From Oculatellaceae cyanobacterium Prado106 (GTDB lineage: Bacteria > Cyanobacteriota > Cyanobacteriia > Elainellales > Elainellaceae): a stretch of DNA of 64,000 nt. Every line of letters starts with the position of its first letter. Positions within the stretch are counted from its first letter, which is position 1. Shown here in pieces: positions 8,364 to 19,354 of this stretch. Below the pieces are notes generated by a model, which saw only the letters and a program-made list of their open reading frames with translations, was not told the DNA's origin and made no database searches. The position numbers and the translations under genes were made by a program. The stretch lies in NCBI GenBank assembly GCA_025454315.1, contig JALOOP010000010.1:1465-65464 (forward strand), written 5' to 3'.

Positions 8364-9638
8364 ATGAATTTTGACGAAAGTCCGATCGCCCATAGAGCAG
8401 TCATTATGGAACGTTTGACGGTTGACCAGTTGGTGCATCAATTTCAAGTCAATCACCGCGCGCACTATACGGGCAGAGTCGATCTGCAAATTTCTAAAGG
8501 TGAGTGCTGGAGTTTGTACTTTCAATTAGGACGTTTAGTCTGGGCGACAGGCGGCATCCATCGATTTCGTCGGTGGTATCGCTGTCTTTCCCAGTTTTGT
8601 CCTGAGATTAATCCTAATGGTATCCGTTTGCGTGAAACAGAAGTCTCTCGTGTGTGGGAGTATTTGGCGCTGACGGTGTTAATTAAGCGTCAACGGATTC
8701 GTTTAGATCAGGCAGTTCAACTGGTTCAACATAGCGTTAACGAAGTCCTCTTCGACATTTTGCAAGGCATTGATGAAGTCAGTCAACTGACCTATGTCTC
8801 CGAAAGCGCAGAGAACATTGGCGAACCTCTGACGCTGATCAACGCTGAACAAATTTTGCTGCGCGCCCAGCTCAGTTGGGAAACCTGGCGCAATGCCAAT
8901 CTGGCTCCCTATTCGCCCAATCTTGCCCCCATGCTGCGGCGCACCAATGAACTACAGCAGCAAACCTCTCCCAGCACCTACAAAACCTTGAGTAGCCTGG
9001 TTGATGGCCATTCTACGCTGCGAGACGTGGCGACGCTGATTAAGCAAAATCCTTTGACGGTGGCGCGATCGCTCCTCCCCTACGTACATCGGGGGCTGAT
9101 CAGCTTCCAAGAGGTGGAAGACATTAAAATTCCAGTCAGTCCGGAAGCGCAGCCCGTACCAACCCCTGCGGCACCTGCGTTGATCAATCAGCCGCTGATT
9201 ATTTGCATTGACGATAGCTTTCAGGTCTGTCAAATGGTGCAGCAAATTCTGACGCCAGCGGGCTATCGGTTTGCCAGCATCCAGGATTCAATGCAGGCAT
9301 TGCCCACACTAATTGAGCTAAAGCCCCATCTGATTTTTCTAGATTTGCTGATGCCTGTAGCGAATGGCTATGAAATTTGCTCTCAGATTCGGCGTGTTTC
9401 GGTGTTGAAGGACATTCCGGTGGTGATTTTGACCGGGAAGGATGGCATTGTCGATCGCGTCAGAGCCAAAATGGTAGGCGCATCGGACTATCTGGCCAAG
9501 CCCGTAGACGCAGAGAAACTGCTGACCGTGACGCGCAAGTACCTGGACAAGTACGCAGTCAGCACTCCCAATACAGCCAACTATGAGATGGGAGAAACAA
9601 CAGCGCTAATGTTTAAAGAAAGCTTGATGAAAACTTAG
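8364..9638 (+). CDS. PatA/PixG-type response regulator (PATAN/DUF4388 domain plus CheY-like receiver)
   Basis: 424-aa ORF. The N-terminal segment YTGRVDLQISKGECWSLYFQLGRLVWATGGIHRFRRWYRCLSQFCPEI is typical of PATAN-domain regulators. The C-terminal receiver reads IICIDDS...DLLMPVANGYE...KP. The true start may be Met15 (8406). Confidence 0.8.
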   Translation: MNFDESPIAHRAVIMERLTVDQLVHQFQVNHRAHYTGRVDLQISKGECWSLYFQLGRLVWATGGIHRFRRWYRCLSQFCPEINPNGIRLRETEVSRVWEYLALTVLIKRQRIRLDQAVQLVQHSVNEVLFDILQGIDEVSQLTYVSESAENIGEPLTLINAEQILLRAQLSWETWRNANLAPYSPNLAPMLRRTNELQQQTSPSTYKTLSSLVDGHSTLRDVATLIKQNPLTVARSLLPYVHRGLISFQEVEDIKIPVSPEAQPVPTPAAPALINQPLIICIDDSFQVCQMVQQILTPAGYRFASIQDSMQALPTLIELKPHLIFLDLLMPVANGYEICSQIRRVSVLKDIPVVILTGKDGIVDRVRAKMVGASDYLAKPVDAEKLLTVTRKYLDKYAVSTPNTANYEMGETTALMFKESLMKT

Positions 9639-9751
9639 AGGTAGCACCTTCGTGCCTCAAAGAAGATTCAATGCTTTTAAACATGAAAATATAGGGGGAG
9701 AAGAGCCGCAACGCAGCCTTTCTGCCCCTCTTTTTGTTTAACTTATGAGGT

Positions 9752-10126
9752 TTAACGAATGTCATCTAGGTCGATCGCCTGAGAGCCACCTTGCTCCAGT
9801 TGTCTCAGCACGCTCCCCAGTTGCGCCCAGACCAGCCCCCCGATAAACAGTGTCAACGGCAGGGAGATGGCATAGGCGATGAAGGTGGGAAACCCAAAGA
9901 TGGCCACACCGGAGGCCAGAAAGATACAGACTCCGATACAAATGCCCAAAAAAGGAATGCGAAGCGCAAGTCCTTTAAGGTTTGCCAGGGGGATGGCGCT
10001 AGAGCGATTCTTTGACCATTCCTGTGCCGATTGCTTGAGGACAGCCTCAAAGGCTAAACCAGAGGTAATCCCCATGAATAAGCCAACGAACAGCAGAAAA
10101 TAGGGGGGGGCGTATTGGGGATACAA
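9752..10126 (-). CDS. Hypothetical integral membrane protein
   Basis: 124-aa ORF with 3-4 hydrophobic helices. No motif recognised. Confidence 0.5.
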   Translation of the reverse strand: MYPQYAPPYFLLFVGLFMGITSGLAFEAVLKQSAQEWSKNRSSAIPLANLKGLALRIPFLGICIGVCIFLASGVAIFGFPTFIAYAISLPLTLFIGGLVWAQLGSVLRQLEQGGSQAIDLDDIR

Positions 10127-10177
10127 GGGGAACTCCTTAGGGTGAATGGGGGGAGGGGATGGGTAGATGAGGGGAGT

Positions 10178-10452
10178 GGATGGGTGGATGGGTGAAGGAG
10201 GGGGAACTTCTCTAGGGACAAGAATTTTCCTTTGCAGAATTTGAATAACTGAGGGAGGAACTTCTATACAGGAAAAATCTTCCTTTGCAGAACTTAGATC
10301 AATGAAGGAGGAACTTCTCTAAGGGAAAAAATTCTCCTTTGCAGAATTTGGATGGGTGAGAAAGGATGAACTTCTTTATAGAAAAGGTCTTCCTTTGCAG
10401 AATTCCTGTGGCTTAAGAAAAGGGATACCTTGCAGCACCCATCCACCCATCC
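10178..10452. repeat. Inverted-repeat-flanked tandem repeat element
   Basis: GGATGGGTGGATGGGTG (10178-10194) and its exact reverse complement (10436-10452) enclose four ~54-56 bp units. The units start near 10194, 10251, 10305 and 10358 and share GGAGGAACTTCTCTA...TTCCTTTGCAGAA. Confidence 0.9.
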
Positions 10453-10455
10453 ACT

Positions 10456-12159
10456 CTAATCTTGCGCTGCGCCAAACGGAGATACGACCGGAATCAACGT
10501 TGCGGCTCTCTGGGCGGAGAGTTCGGCAATCGCACCCCAAGCCGCATTGAACAAGCGACCGGGATGGATGTCGTCTTTGATCAGGCTCCAGATCCGTTGG
10601 ACTTCTTCGGTGTGGAGGCGATCGTCTTCGACCAGTGCCAGGAGCAACTGACGGCGGAGGTATTCTCCTTCGGCAGACAACAGGTATTGTAAACCGAGTT
10701 GTGCCGTGGGCAAAATATCAAATTGGGTGTCGGAGCGGGCGATCGCAATCAGATTTTCGAGCCGTTGCCACTGGAACCGTCCATCCTTGAAGAGGACTTC
10801 GAGGAGGCGACGACGCAGTTGGGGAGACTCGCCGTTCAATAGACGACGCGCCACATAGGGGTAGGCGACATCGACAATTTTGAAGTTGGGGTCAAGGGTG
10901 AGGGCTAAGCCTTCTTGGGTCACCAAGGAACGAATGATCAGCGCAAATTTGGCGGGAACTCGGAAGGGATATTCGTACATCAATTCCGAGAACTGATCGG
11001 TGATGGTTTTGAAGTTGAAGTCTCGGACACTTTCGCCCAGAGCATTCCCCAGGACAGATTCCAGCGCCGGAATGATCGGCATAATATCGGTATCAGGTGC
11101 GAGGAACCCGAGCTTCACAAAGTCCCTGGCGAGATCCTGGTAGTCCTTGTTAATCAAGTGGACAACCGCATCGACCAGGGTTTCTTTCGACTCCTGATCC
11201 AACTGATCCATCATGCCGAAGTCGATGTAGGCCATTTGCCCGGTGGGCGTGGCGAACAGGTTGCCGGGGTGGGGATCGGCGTGGAAGAAGCCATATTCTA
11301 GAAGCTGTTGAAGTCCGCAGCTTACGGCAACTTCAATGACAGCATTGGGGTTGAGATCGGAGTTTTTCAGCGTGGGAATGTCGGTCAGCTTGTAGCCGTT
11401 GATCCATTCCAGGGTCAGGACATGCTGACTGCTGTAGCGCCAGTAGATGGAAGGAACTTTGATCCGGGGGTCGTTTTGGAAGTTGAGGGCGAATTTTTCG
11501 GCGTTGCGCCCCTCGTTGAGATAATCAACTTCTTCAAACAGCTTGGTGCCAAACTCATCGACAATCAGCGTCAGATCATGACCCAAGTTCAGCGGTAGCC
11601 AGGGAGCTAACCAGCTCGCAGCCCAACGCATCAGGTAGAGATCGAGGGTTAGGGTCGGCAAGAGGTTGGGACGCTGCACCTTGACCGCCACTTCTTCGCC
11701 ACTCCGCAGTTTTGCTTTGTAGACCTGTCCCAAGCTAGCCGCAGCAACGGGCTGGGGAGAGATTTCTGCGAAGATTTCCTCGGGAGTGCGATCGAGTTCC
11801 GCTTCGATGATCGCGAAGGCAAGGGGCGTGGGGAAGGGAGGGAGTTGGTCTTGGAGCTTAACGAGTTCTTCTAAAAAGTCTTTGCGAATTAAATCGGGAC
11901 GGGTGGAGAGCGCTTGCCCGACCTTAATAAAGGTGGGGCCGAGGCGAGTCAGAAGCTGGCGCAGTTGTGTGGCGCGCTTGGACTTGTTGTCGCCTTCATG
12001 CTGAAACCAGCGATCGCTCTGTAACCCTAAAGTAAACCATAGAAAAGACCAGACTAGCGTCAGGGCACGCCATAGGGCTTGCCAAGGACGGCGGCGGTAG
12101 TACTGAGCAACAACCTTTGGGTCGTAGCGCCGCATCTGGTTCAATTGTGCTTGACTCAC
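10456..12159 (-). CDS. ABC1/UbiB/AarF-family atypical kinase
   Basis: 567-aa ORF. Contains LGPTFIKVGQALSTRPDL, ASLGQVYKA, EVAVKVQRP and HADPHPGN, all characteristic of the ABC1 family. Confidence 0.85.
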   Translation of the reverse strand: MSQAQLNQMRRYDPKVVAQYYRRRPWQALWRALTLVWSFLWFTLGLQSDRWFQHEGDNKSKRATQLRQLLTRLGPTFIKVGQALSTRPDLIRKDFLEELVKLQDQLPPFPTPLAFAIIEAELDRTPEEIFAEISPQPVAAASLGQVYKAKLRSGEEVAVKVQRPNLLPTLTLDLYLMRWAASWLAPWLPLNLGHDLTLIVDEFGTKLFEEVDYLNEGRNAEKFALNFQNDPRIKVPSIYWRYSSQHVLTLEWINGYKLTDIPTLKNSDLNPNAVIEVAVSCGLQQLLEYGFFHADPHPGNLFATPTGQMAYIDFGMMDQLDQESKETLVDAVVHLINKDYQDLARDFVKLGFLAPDTDIMPIIPALESVLGNALGESVRDFNFKTITDQFSELMYEYPFRVPAKFALIIRSLVTQEGLALTLDPNFKIVDVAYPYVARRLLNGESPQLRRRLLEVLFKDGRFQWQRLENLIAIARSDTQFDILPTAQLGLQYLLSAEGEYLRRQLLLALVEDDRLHTEEVQRIWSLIKDDIHPGRLFNAAWGAIAELSAQRAATLIPVVSPFGAAQD

Positions 12160-12826
12160 GTCTTTATATACCTCTCTAACCAGGAATTTCCAAGTCGTCC
12201 CAACCGATTTAGGGGAGTCCGGTGCAAGGGATGGAATGCAAGTGACGGATGGTGCTGCCCTTCAAGGTGCCCTTTGAAGATATTGGGCGGGTCGGCTGAG
12301 ACGGGTGGTGAAACCCTGGGTCGATCGCCCGTTTAACTCTAGTCCACTTTTGGCTCTAGGCCACTTTGGTTGGAGTTGATGGGGGGTTAGTCCGTTGAAT
12401 ACAGCAAGTGATTGCAGCAGGTGGGTGGATTAGGGTAGCCGACTAAAGGATCTGTACGGGTTTGTACTCCTCCTTAAGACTAACTGCTGCGTTAACTCTA
12501 GTATACAAAACTACAAACAAGTCGTGGTTGCGCCCTTGACGGGTTAAATTTTATGTCAAAGAAAGTTGATTAAGTAATTATCCCTATTTGTCATGATCCC
12601 ATAAAAATTGGGCTTTTGGCAGTGACGATTGATTGGGCGATCGCATCCAAAGTTACGAAAAAATAACCAGCACTAATAAGTAAGGTAAACATTTTTATGC
12701 CTTTGTGAACCAGAGCGCTAGCCTTGCCGGGTTCTCCTTTAATGACGAAGGGGGCGATCGCTTCAGCCATGGCGCTGGGGCATGAGCCTTGCTTTGAGCA
12801 TCACGCCAACCCCTCTTGGTGCCCGT

Positions 12827-12856
12827 CTTAATGTTTGCATTACCATTCCTTAAACC
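12827..12856 (+). promoter_or_regulatory. Candidate Pho box (three 8-bp repeats, 3-bp linkers)
   Basis: CTTAATGT ttg CATTACCA ttc CTTAAACC with 11-bp periodicity. Boxes 1 and 3 resemble the cyanobacterial PyTTAAPyPy(T/A) consensus. Lies ~280 nt upstream of the phoX-like start. Confidence 0.3.
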
Positions 12857-13134
12857 CAGGCTGATAGTTTTCTAGAGGGGTGAGTCGCCGACTGGCTGGG
12901 CATTTGCCAGGATGCTGTCGTGGGATTGGGCTGCTTTGCTGGGTCGAGTCGAGATTTCATTTGAGATTTAATCCACCTGGCGTTTCAAGCTGGTGCTGAA
13001 GTCAGGGTCGATTTCAAGCCTGTTGAAGCAGAGGTCAATCTCAGCAGCAGAACTGCATTCAATGCCATCCCCCGTTGCAATCAAGCTTAGAAGATCGCAC
13101 TTGTTAAGATCCTATCCAAAGAGAAGAGAACACT

Positions 13135-15400
13135 ATGGCAGTCAATCGTAGAGATTTCCTCCTGTTTTTGGGGGCGGGCGTGGGTACGGTCGCCCTCCAG
13201 CCCCTGGTCACGGGTAAAGGTTCGGTATCGCTGCCGTTTCAGGTTGAAGCGGCCTCGGCTCAAGGCGTTCCGGCAGGCTTGAGCTTCAAACCCATTAAGG
13301 CAACCATGCCGCTAATGACCGATAGTTTGACCCAGGATAAGCAACTCAGCGATTTTAGTGAGTTCACGGTGCAGGACGATGTGGTGCTGCCGGAAGGGTT
13401 CACCTACGATATTGTGGCCTCTTGGGGCGATCGCGTCGGCGACTCCCGCTTTGGCTACAACAACGACTATCTGTCTTTTATTGAAACCGCACAACGACTA
13501 TCTGTCTTTTATTGAAACCGCGCCCAACGAAGGCTACCTCAGCACCAACCACGAGTACATCAGCGCCATTCCCTGGATTGAAACCTTTGAAACTGTGATT
13601 GGCAAGGCGCTGCCCTTTGCTCCTGTGAAGGCGGCGCTAGAAACAGCGGAAGACAACGAAATTAATGCTTTTGCATTGCCGGACAATGATCCAATCAAGG
13701 CGCAAATCCGCGAAATCAGCACCGAAGCTCTCAAGGATCTGGGCGTTTCGGTGATTTCGATTCGCAAGGAAGGCACGGGTCGCTGGCTGCGGACAAATTC
13801 CAGCAGCGATCGCGTCGTTCACGGCGTTTCTGGCCTAGACAACCCCAGCCGTTTGCTCAAGTCCACAGGCCCTGCAACCACCGTGTTCCGTAAGCAGCAA
13901 GGCATAGGCTACACCGACAAGTTGGGCGATCGCATCATTGGCACCTTCAACAACTGTGCCGGGGGTACCACACCCTGGGGCACCATGTTCAGCGCCGAAG
14001 AAAACTTCCAGGATTTTGTCCCTGAGCCGGTGAACGCGGACGGCACCTCCCTAGACCCAGCGAAAATGCCGTTCTCGATTGCCGATGATGGCATCAATGG
14101 TTTGGGCAATGTCTTTGGCATGGCGGGCAACAAGTACGGCTGGATGGTGGAGATTGACCCCGCCAATCCCAATGACTACGGCACCAAGCATACCTGGTTA
14201 GGCCGTTATCGCCATGAAGCGGTGGCGATTCGAGCCGAATCGGGGCGGAAACTGGCGTTTTACTCGGGGTGCGATCGCCGGGGCGGTCACCTCTACAAGT
14301 TCGTCAGCAGCGCCAATGTTAGCAACCCCACCAGCAAGGCCAACTCTCGCCTGTTGGAAGATGGAATGCTCTACGCCGCCAAATTTAACCCCGATGGCAC
14401 GGGTCGCTGGATTGCCCTGAAGGCAGATACTGCGGTCAACCCGGATCTGCCCAGTGTTCATGCCGGGAAGATGATTACGCTGCCCAACCCTGACCGGGCT
14501 GCGGGTGGAACGGTGAAAGTGGAGGATGATGCGGCGATCGCCCCCTTCAAGTCCCAGTTCAAAACCCTCGGCGACCTCTACCAGGGCAGCCCCGAAGAAA
14601 AGCAAGGCGCAATCCTGATCGATGCCCATTATGCTGCCAACGCCGCCGGAGCCACCTGCACCGCTCGTCCCGAAGACACCGACATTGGCCCCAACGGCTC
14701 GGTGTTCATTGCCTTCACCTCAGGTTCGCCCAGCAGCAGCGACGGCAGCCCCGATGCGCGCGTGTTCAAAGGCCCCAATGGCGAATCGCCCTACGAGTAT
14801 GGCTGGATTATCCGCCTCGACGAGGAGGGCAATGACCCCGCCGCCATGACCTTCAAGTGGACAGCCTTCGCGACGGGCGGCGAACCCGCAGAAGGTGGCC
14901 TAGGCTTCTCCAACCCCGACAACCTGGAGTTTGATGCCAAAGGCAACCTCTGGATGGTGGTCGATATGTCCAGCGACAAGCTGAACAAAGAGATCCCCAT
15001 GGGTCGGCTCGACAAGGACGGCAAACCCATCAAACAGTCTGACCTGCGCGCCATCTACGGCAACAACTCGGTCTGGTATCTGCCTACCTCTGGCCCCAAT
15101 GCCGGACAAGCCTACCTGTTTGGCTTTGGCCCCATGGATGCCGAAATGACAGGCCCCTTCTTCACCAAGGATCAAAAGACCCTGTTTTTGGCCGCTCAAC
15201 ACCCCGGCGAAGTCGGCGGGATGCGGAAGGATATGGCCTCTGAAACCCGCCAAATCTCCCTGAAAACCACAGAAGGTCAAGAGTTCATGCAGACGCGCGT
15301 GGTGCCCATTGGCTCCAACTGGCCTGGGAAGCAAGCTAATCTGCCACCCAAACCTTCGGTGGTTGCAATTCGGAGGGTTGATGGTGGTACTCTGAGCTAA
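13135..15400 (+). pseudogene. phoX: PhoX-type (DUF839/COG3211) alkaline phosphatase, frameshifted by a 31-bp tandem duplication
   Basis: Twin-arginine signal MAVNRRDFLLFLGAG and the NNCAGGTTPWGT motif. ORFs 13135..13515 (frame 1) and 13358..15400 (frame 2) both read NDYLSFIETA across the duplicated segment. Removing one copy gives a continuous ~744-codon ORF. Confidence 0.75.
13460..13521 (+). repeat. Perfect 31-bp direct tandem duplication
   Basis: ACAACGACTATCTGTCTTTTATTGAAACCGC occurs at 13460-13490 and again at 13491-13521. Confidence 0.95.
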
Positions 15401-15433
15401 CGAACTTTTTTAAGTTCCTGCAAATGTTTCAAC

Positions 15434-15463
15434 AGAGGCGCGGCTCCCGCGCCTCTTTTTTTT
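15434..15463. terminator. Bidirectional rho-independent terminator
   Basis: AGAGGCGCGG (15434-15443), loop CTC, CCGCGCCTCT (15447-15456), then a T7 run. Lies between the convergent phoX and OmpA-like genes. Confidence 0.8.
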
Positions 15464-15472
15464 AAGCCTGCT

Positions 15473-16093
15473 CTAATTTTGGATGAGGACTTCGACCCGA
15501 CGATTCTTTTGACGGCCTTCAGGATTGTCGGAGCCATCAGGGTTGGTGTTGGGGGCAACAGGTTGGGTTTCGCCGAAGCCTTTCGTCGTCATCAGGTCGG
15601 CTTTGATGCTGAAGTTTTGCACCAGGTAGTCCTTGACCGACTTGGCGCGTTGGTCGGAGAGGGTTTGGTTGTAGGCATCGCTGCCCTTACTGTCGGTGTA
15701 GCCCTGGATGGCGACGGGAGCACTGTAGTGACGGATGATTTGGCTGAGGGATGTGAGCGTGGCTTTGGCATCAGGGCGGATGTTGAACTGGTCGAAGTCG
15801 AACAGGATGTTTTCGGGCAGGACAATGCGGATGCCGTCGCTGGTCTGCTGGGCATTGAGTTGGGAGAGTGCCTGTTGCACGACCTCTGTGGCGGTTTGAT
15901 CCAGCGCATTAGTGGAGATCTGGGTGTTAACCGGTGCCGCCTCAACCTCGATTTGTGTGGAAGGCAGAACTTGAGGCGCTTCGAGTTGAGTGGTGGGTCG
16001 GGATGCGGCTGAGTTTACCGCAGGCGAAGGGGGCTGAGAGCAGGCTGCCAAACTCAGCAGACCCAGCCCCCAGCAGAGCAATGGCCATCTCAT
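15473..16093 (-). CDS. OmpA/MotB-domain lipoprotein
   Basis: 206-aa ORF. Lipobox-like LSLAAC. C-terminal OmpA-like domain (FDFDQFNIRPDA...GYTDSKGSDAYNQTLSDQRAKSV...NRRVEV). Confidence 0.8.
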   Translation of the reverse strand: MRWPLLCWGLGLLSLAACSQPPSPAVNSAASRPTTQLEAPQVLPSTQIEVEAAPVNTQISTNALDQTATEVVQQALSQLNAQQTSDGIRIVLPENILFDFDQFNIRPDAKATLTSLSQIIRHYSAPVAIQGYTDSKGSDAYNQTLSDQRAKSVKDYLVQNFSIKADLMTTKGFGETQPVAPNTNPDGSDNPEGRQKNRRVEVLIQN

Positions 16094-16097
16094 AGGA

Positions 16098-16778
16098 TTA
16101 ACCTCTTTTCACCGGGATGCTGGCTTCGATCTTGGGCGTGTTGATGAAGTCCTGATCGCCACCAAATTGGGCGTTGGTCACCAGGGTCAGGGAGGTGGCG
16201 GCAGGGTCTAGTTTGCCGAGAAAAACAAATTGCCCTTTGAGGGTAGTGCCGGGGGAGATTTCCAATTTGCCGTTGGGGGTGGGCACGGCAAAGTTGTATT
16301 GGTTGCCCAGGTTGTCTTTGAGAATCAAGCCATTGTCCGGTTTGCCCGAGTCATTGAGCCGAATCATTTCACCGTGGCCATTAATGGCTGAAAAGCCAAC
16401 GGTGATCGTGTCACTGCCCAAGGTGAGGCTGTTGACCGTGAGGGTGGTGCCATTGGCATGGCGGACAACAATATTCAGGTTGTCCTGGCTGCCAGCATTA
16501 GGCGCGGCAACCGGAGCGGCAACTCCTGGATTCTGCGGTGCAGCAGGATCGGCAGTCTCGCTCGTGGCCGCAGGCAGGACGGCGGAGTTGGTGTTGCGGG
16601 CTGAATCTTGGGCGGGAACAGCGGGTTGGCTGGTCAGGCGATCGAGCAATCCTGGGGTTTTGAATAGAAAAAAGCCAATCCCAAGCAGGCCGAGAATAAT
16701 CGTGGTCAGAACGCCGATTAAAAAGCTGTTGAAACTGAAGCCCGGTTTAGCGTAGTTGCGATCGGGGATATTTGACAT
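16098..16778 (-). CDS. Hypothetical single-pass membrane protein, likely co-transcribed with the OmpA-like gene
   Basis: 226-aa ORF with an N-terminal TM helix (FLIGVLTTIILGLLGIGFFLF), a Pro/Ala linker and a beta-rich C-terminal domain. A 4-nt gap separates it from the downstream gene. Confidence 0.55.
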   Translation of the reverse strand: MSNIPDRNYAKPGFSFNSFLIGVLTTIILGLLGIGFFLFKTPGLLDRLTSQPAVPAQDSARNTNSAVLPAATSETADPAAPQNPGVAAPVAAPNAGSQDNLNIVVRHANGTTLTVNSLTLGSDTITVGFSAINGHGEMIRLNDSGKPDNGLILKDNLGNQYNFAVPTPNGKLEISPGTTLKGQFVFLGKLDPAATSLTLVTNAQFGGDQDFINTPKIEASIPVKRG

Positions 16779-17110
16779 GGTAATTTCCTGAAGGTTTTCT
16801 AAGTCCTGTTGCCCAGGCAGTCACATGGCAACAGGGAAGCCACTAACCAGGGAAAAACGCGATGCAAGACACACGCAGATCACTCGTGATTTACACCCTT
16901 GTAAAAAGAAATACCGAGCCGAAGCGAAGATGAATGTTTTTCCCTGGCGATTTACCTGCTGACAGAGAATGTTCTACGGGATTCTATGGAGAGAACCCAT
17001 CAAAATAATTACCCGGAAAACTCAGGGTAGAACCATTTCTTAAGCTTTTTATTCGGTCTTCTATCAGGTCTTCCAGGATTAAATCTTTGGGATTGGGGAT
17101 TGAGAAGATG

Positions 17111-17147
17111 AATGGGTGTGTGGCGGCAATGCCGCCACACACCCATT
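17111..17147. terminator. 17-bp perfect-stem hairpin downstream of the ABC exporter
   Basis: AATGGGTGTGTGGCGGC / aat / GCCGCCACACACCCATT. Lies 15 nt after the stop at 17162. No strong U-run. Confidence 0.5.
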
Positions 17148-17161
17148 TATGAACCAACGCC

Positions 17162-19099
<1,938 letters not shown>

Positions 19100-19204
19100 G
19101 CAGTGAGAAGGATGGGCGATCGGGCAAGGGCAAGAATATTCGCTCTCTACTTTAACGTGGGTGGGGCGATCGCGGGACTTTCGATGGGATGACCCGGTTT
19201 AATT

Positions 19205-19316
19205 CAATGGAACTCAACCCAATGCAACTCAACCCAATGGAACTCAACCCATTGCAACTCAATCCAATCCCATGCCACTTAATCCAACGCAACTAAAATC
19301 CAACGCAACTAATCGG
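19205..19316. repeat. Degenerate 15-bp tandem array (CAATGGAACTCAACC)
   Basis: About seven units with increasing degeneracy, between the divergent ABC exporter and ftsW genes. Confidence 0.8.
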
Positions 19317-19354
19317 CAAAAGCACTTGCAATTCCCCAGACTTGCGCTACTGTA

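Noticed and set aside
10194-10412. Regularly spaced ~55-bp units that superficially resemble a CRISPR array
   Set aside because: The conserved parts are split (GGAGGAACTTCT... and ...TTCCTTTGCAGAA). The variable parts are only ~15-20 bp and are themselves related between units. There are only four units, and no cas genes or leader. This is a degenerate tandem repeat.
12285-12335. TPP-riboswitch-like CTGAGA box (GGCTGAGACGGGTGGTGAAACCCTGGGTCGATCGCC)
   Set aside because: Only the CTGAGA element and a vague GAAACC..GG segment match. The pyrimidine-sensing helix and ACCTGATCTGGATAATGCCAGCG-like half are absent. No thiamine gene is downstream on either strand.
12953-13017. GATTTCAT / GATTTAAT / GATTTCAA repeats as an alternative Pho box nearer the phoX start
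   Set aside because: The spacing is 12 bp and then 45 bp, not the 11-bp phasing of Pho boxes, and the cores fit the consensus poorly.
13135-15400. Treating 13135..13515 and 13358..15400 as two separate overlapping genes
   Set aside because: Both encode the same NDYLSFIETA segment across a perfect 31-bp duplication. The N-terminal piece holds only the Tat signal and the first ~110 aa of a DUF839/PhoX fold. This is one gene with a frameshift.
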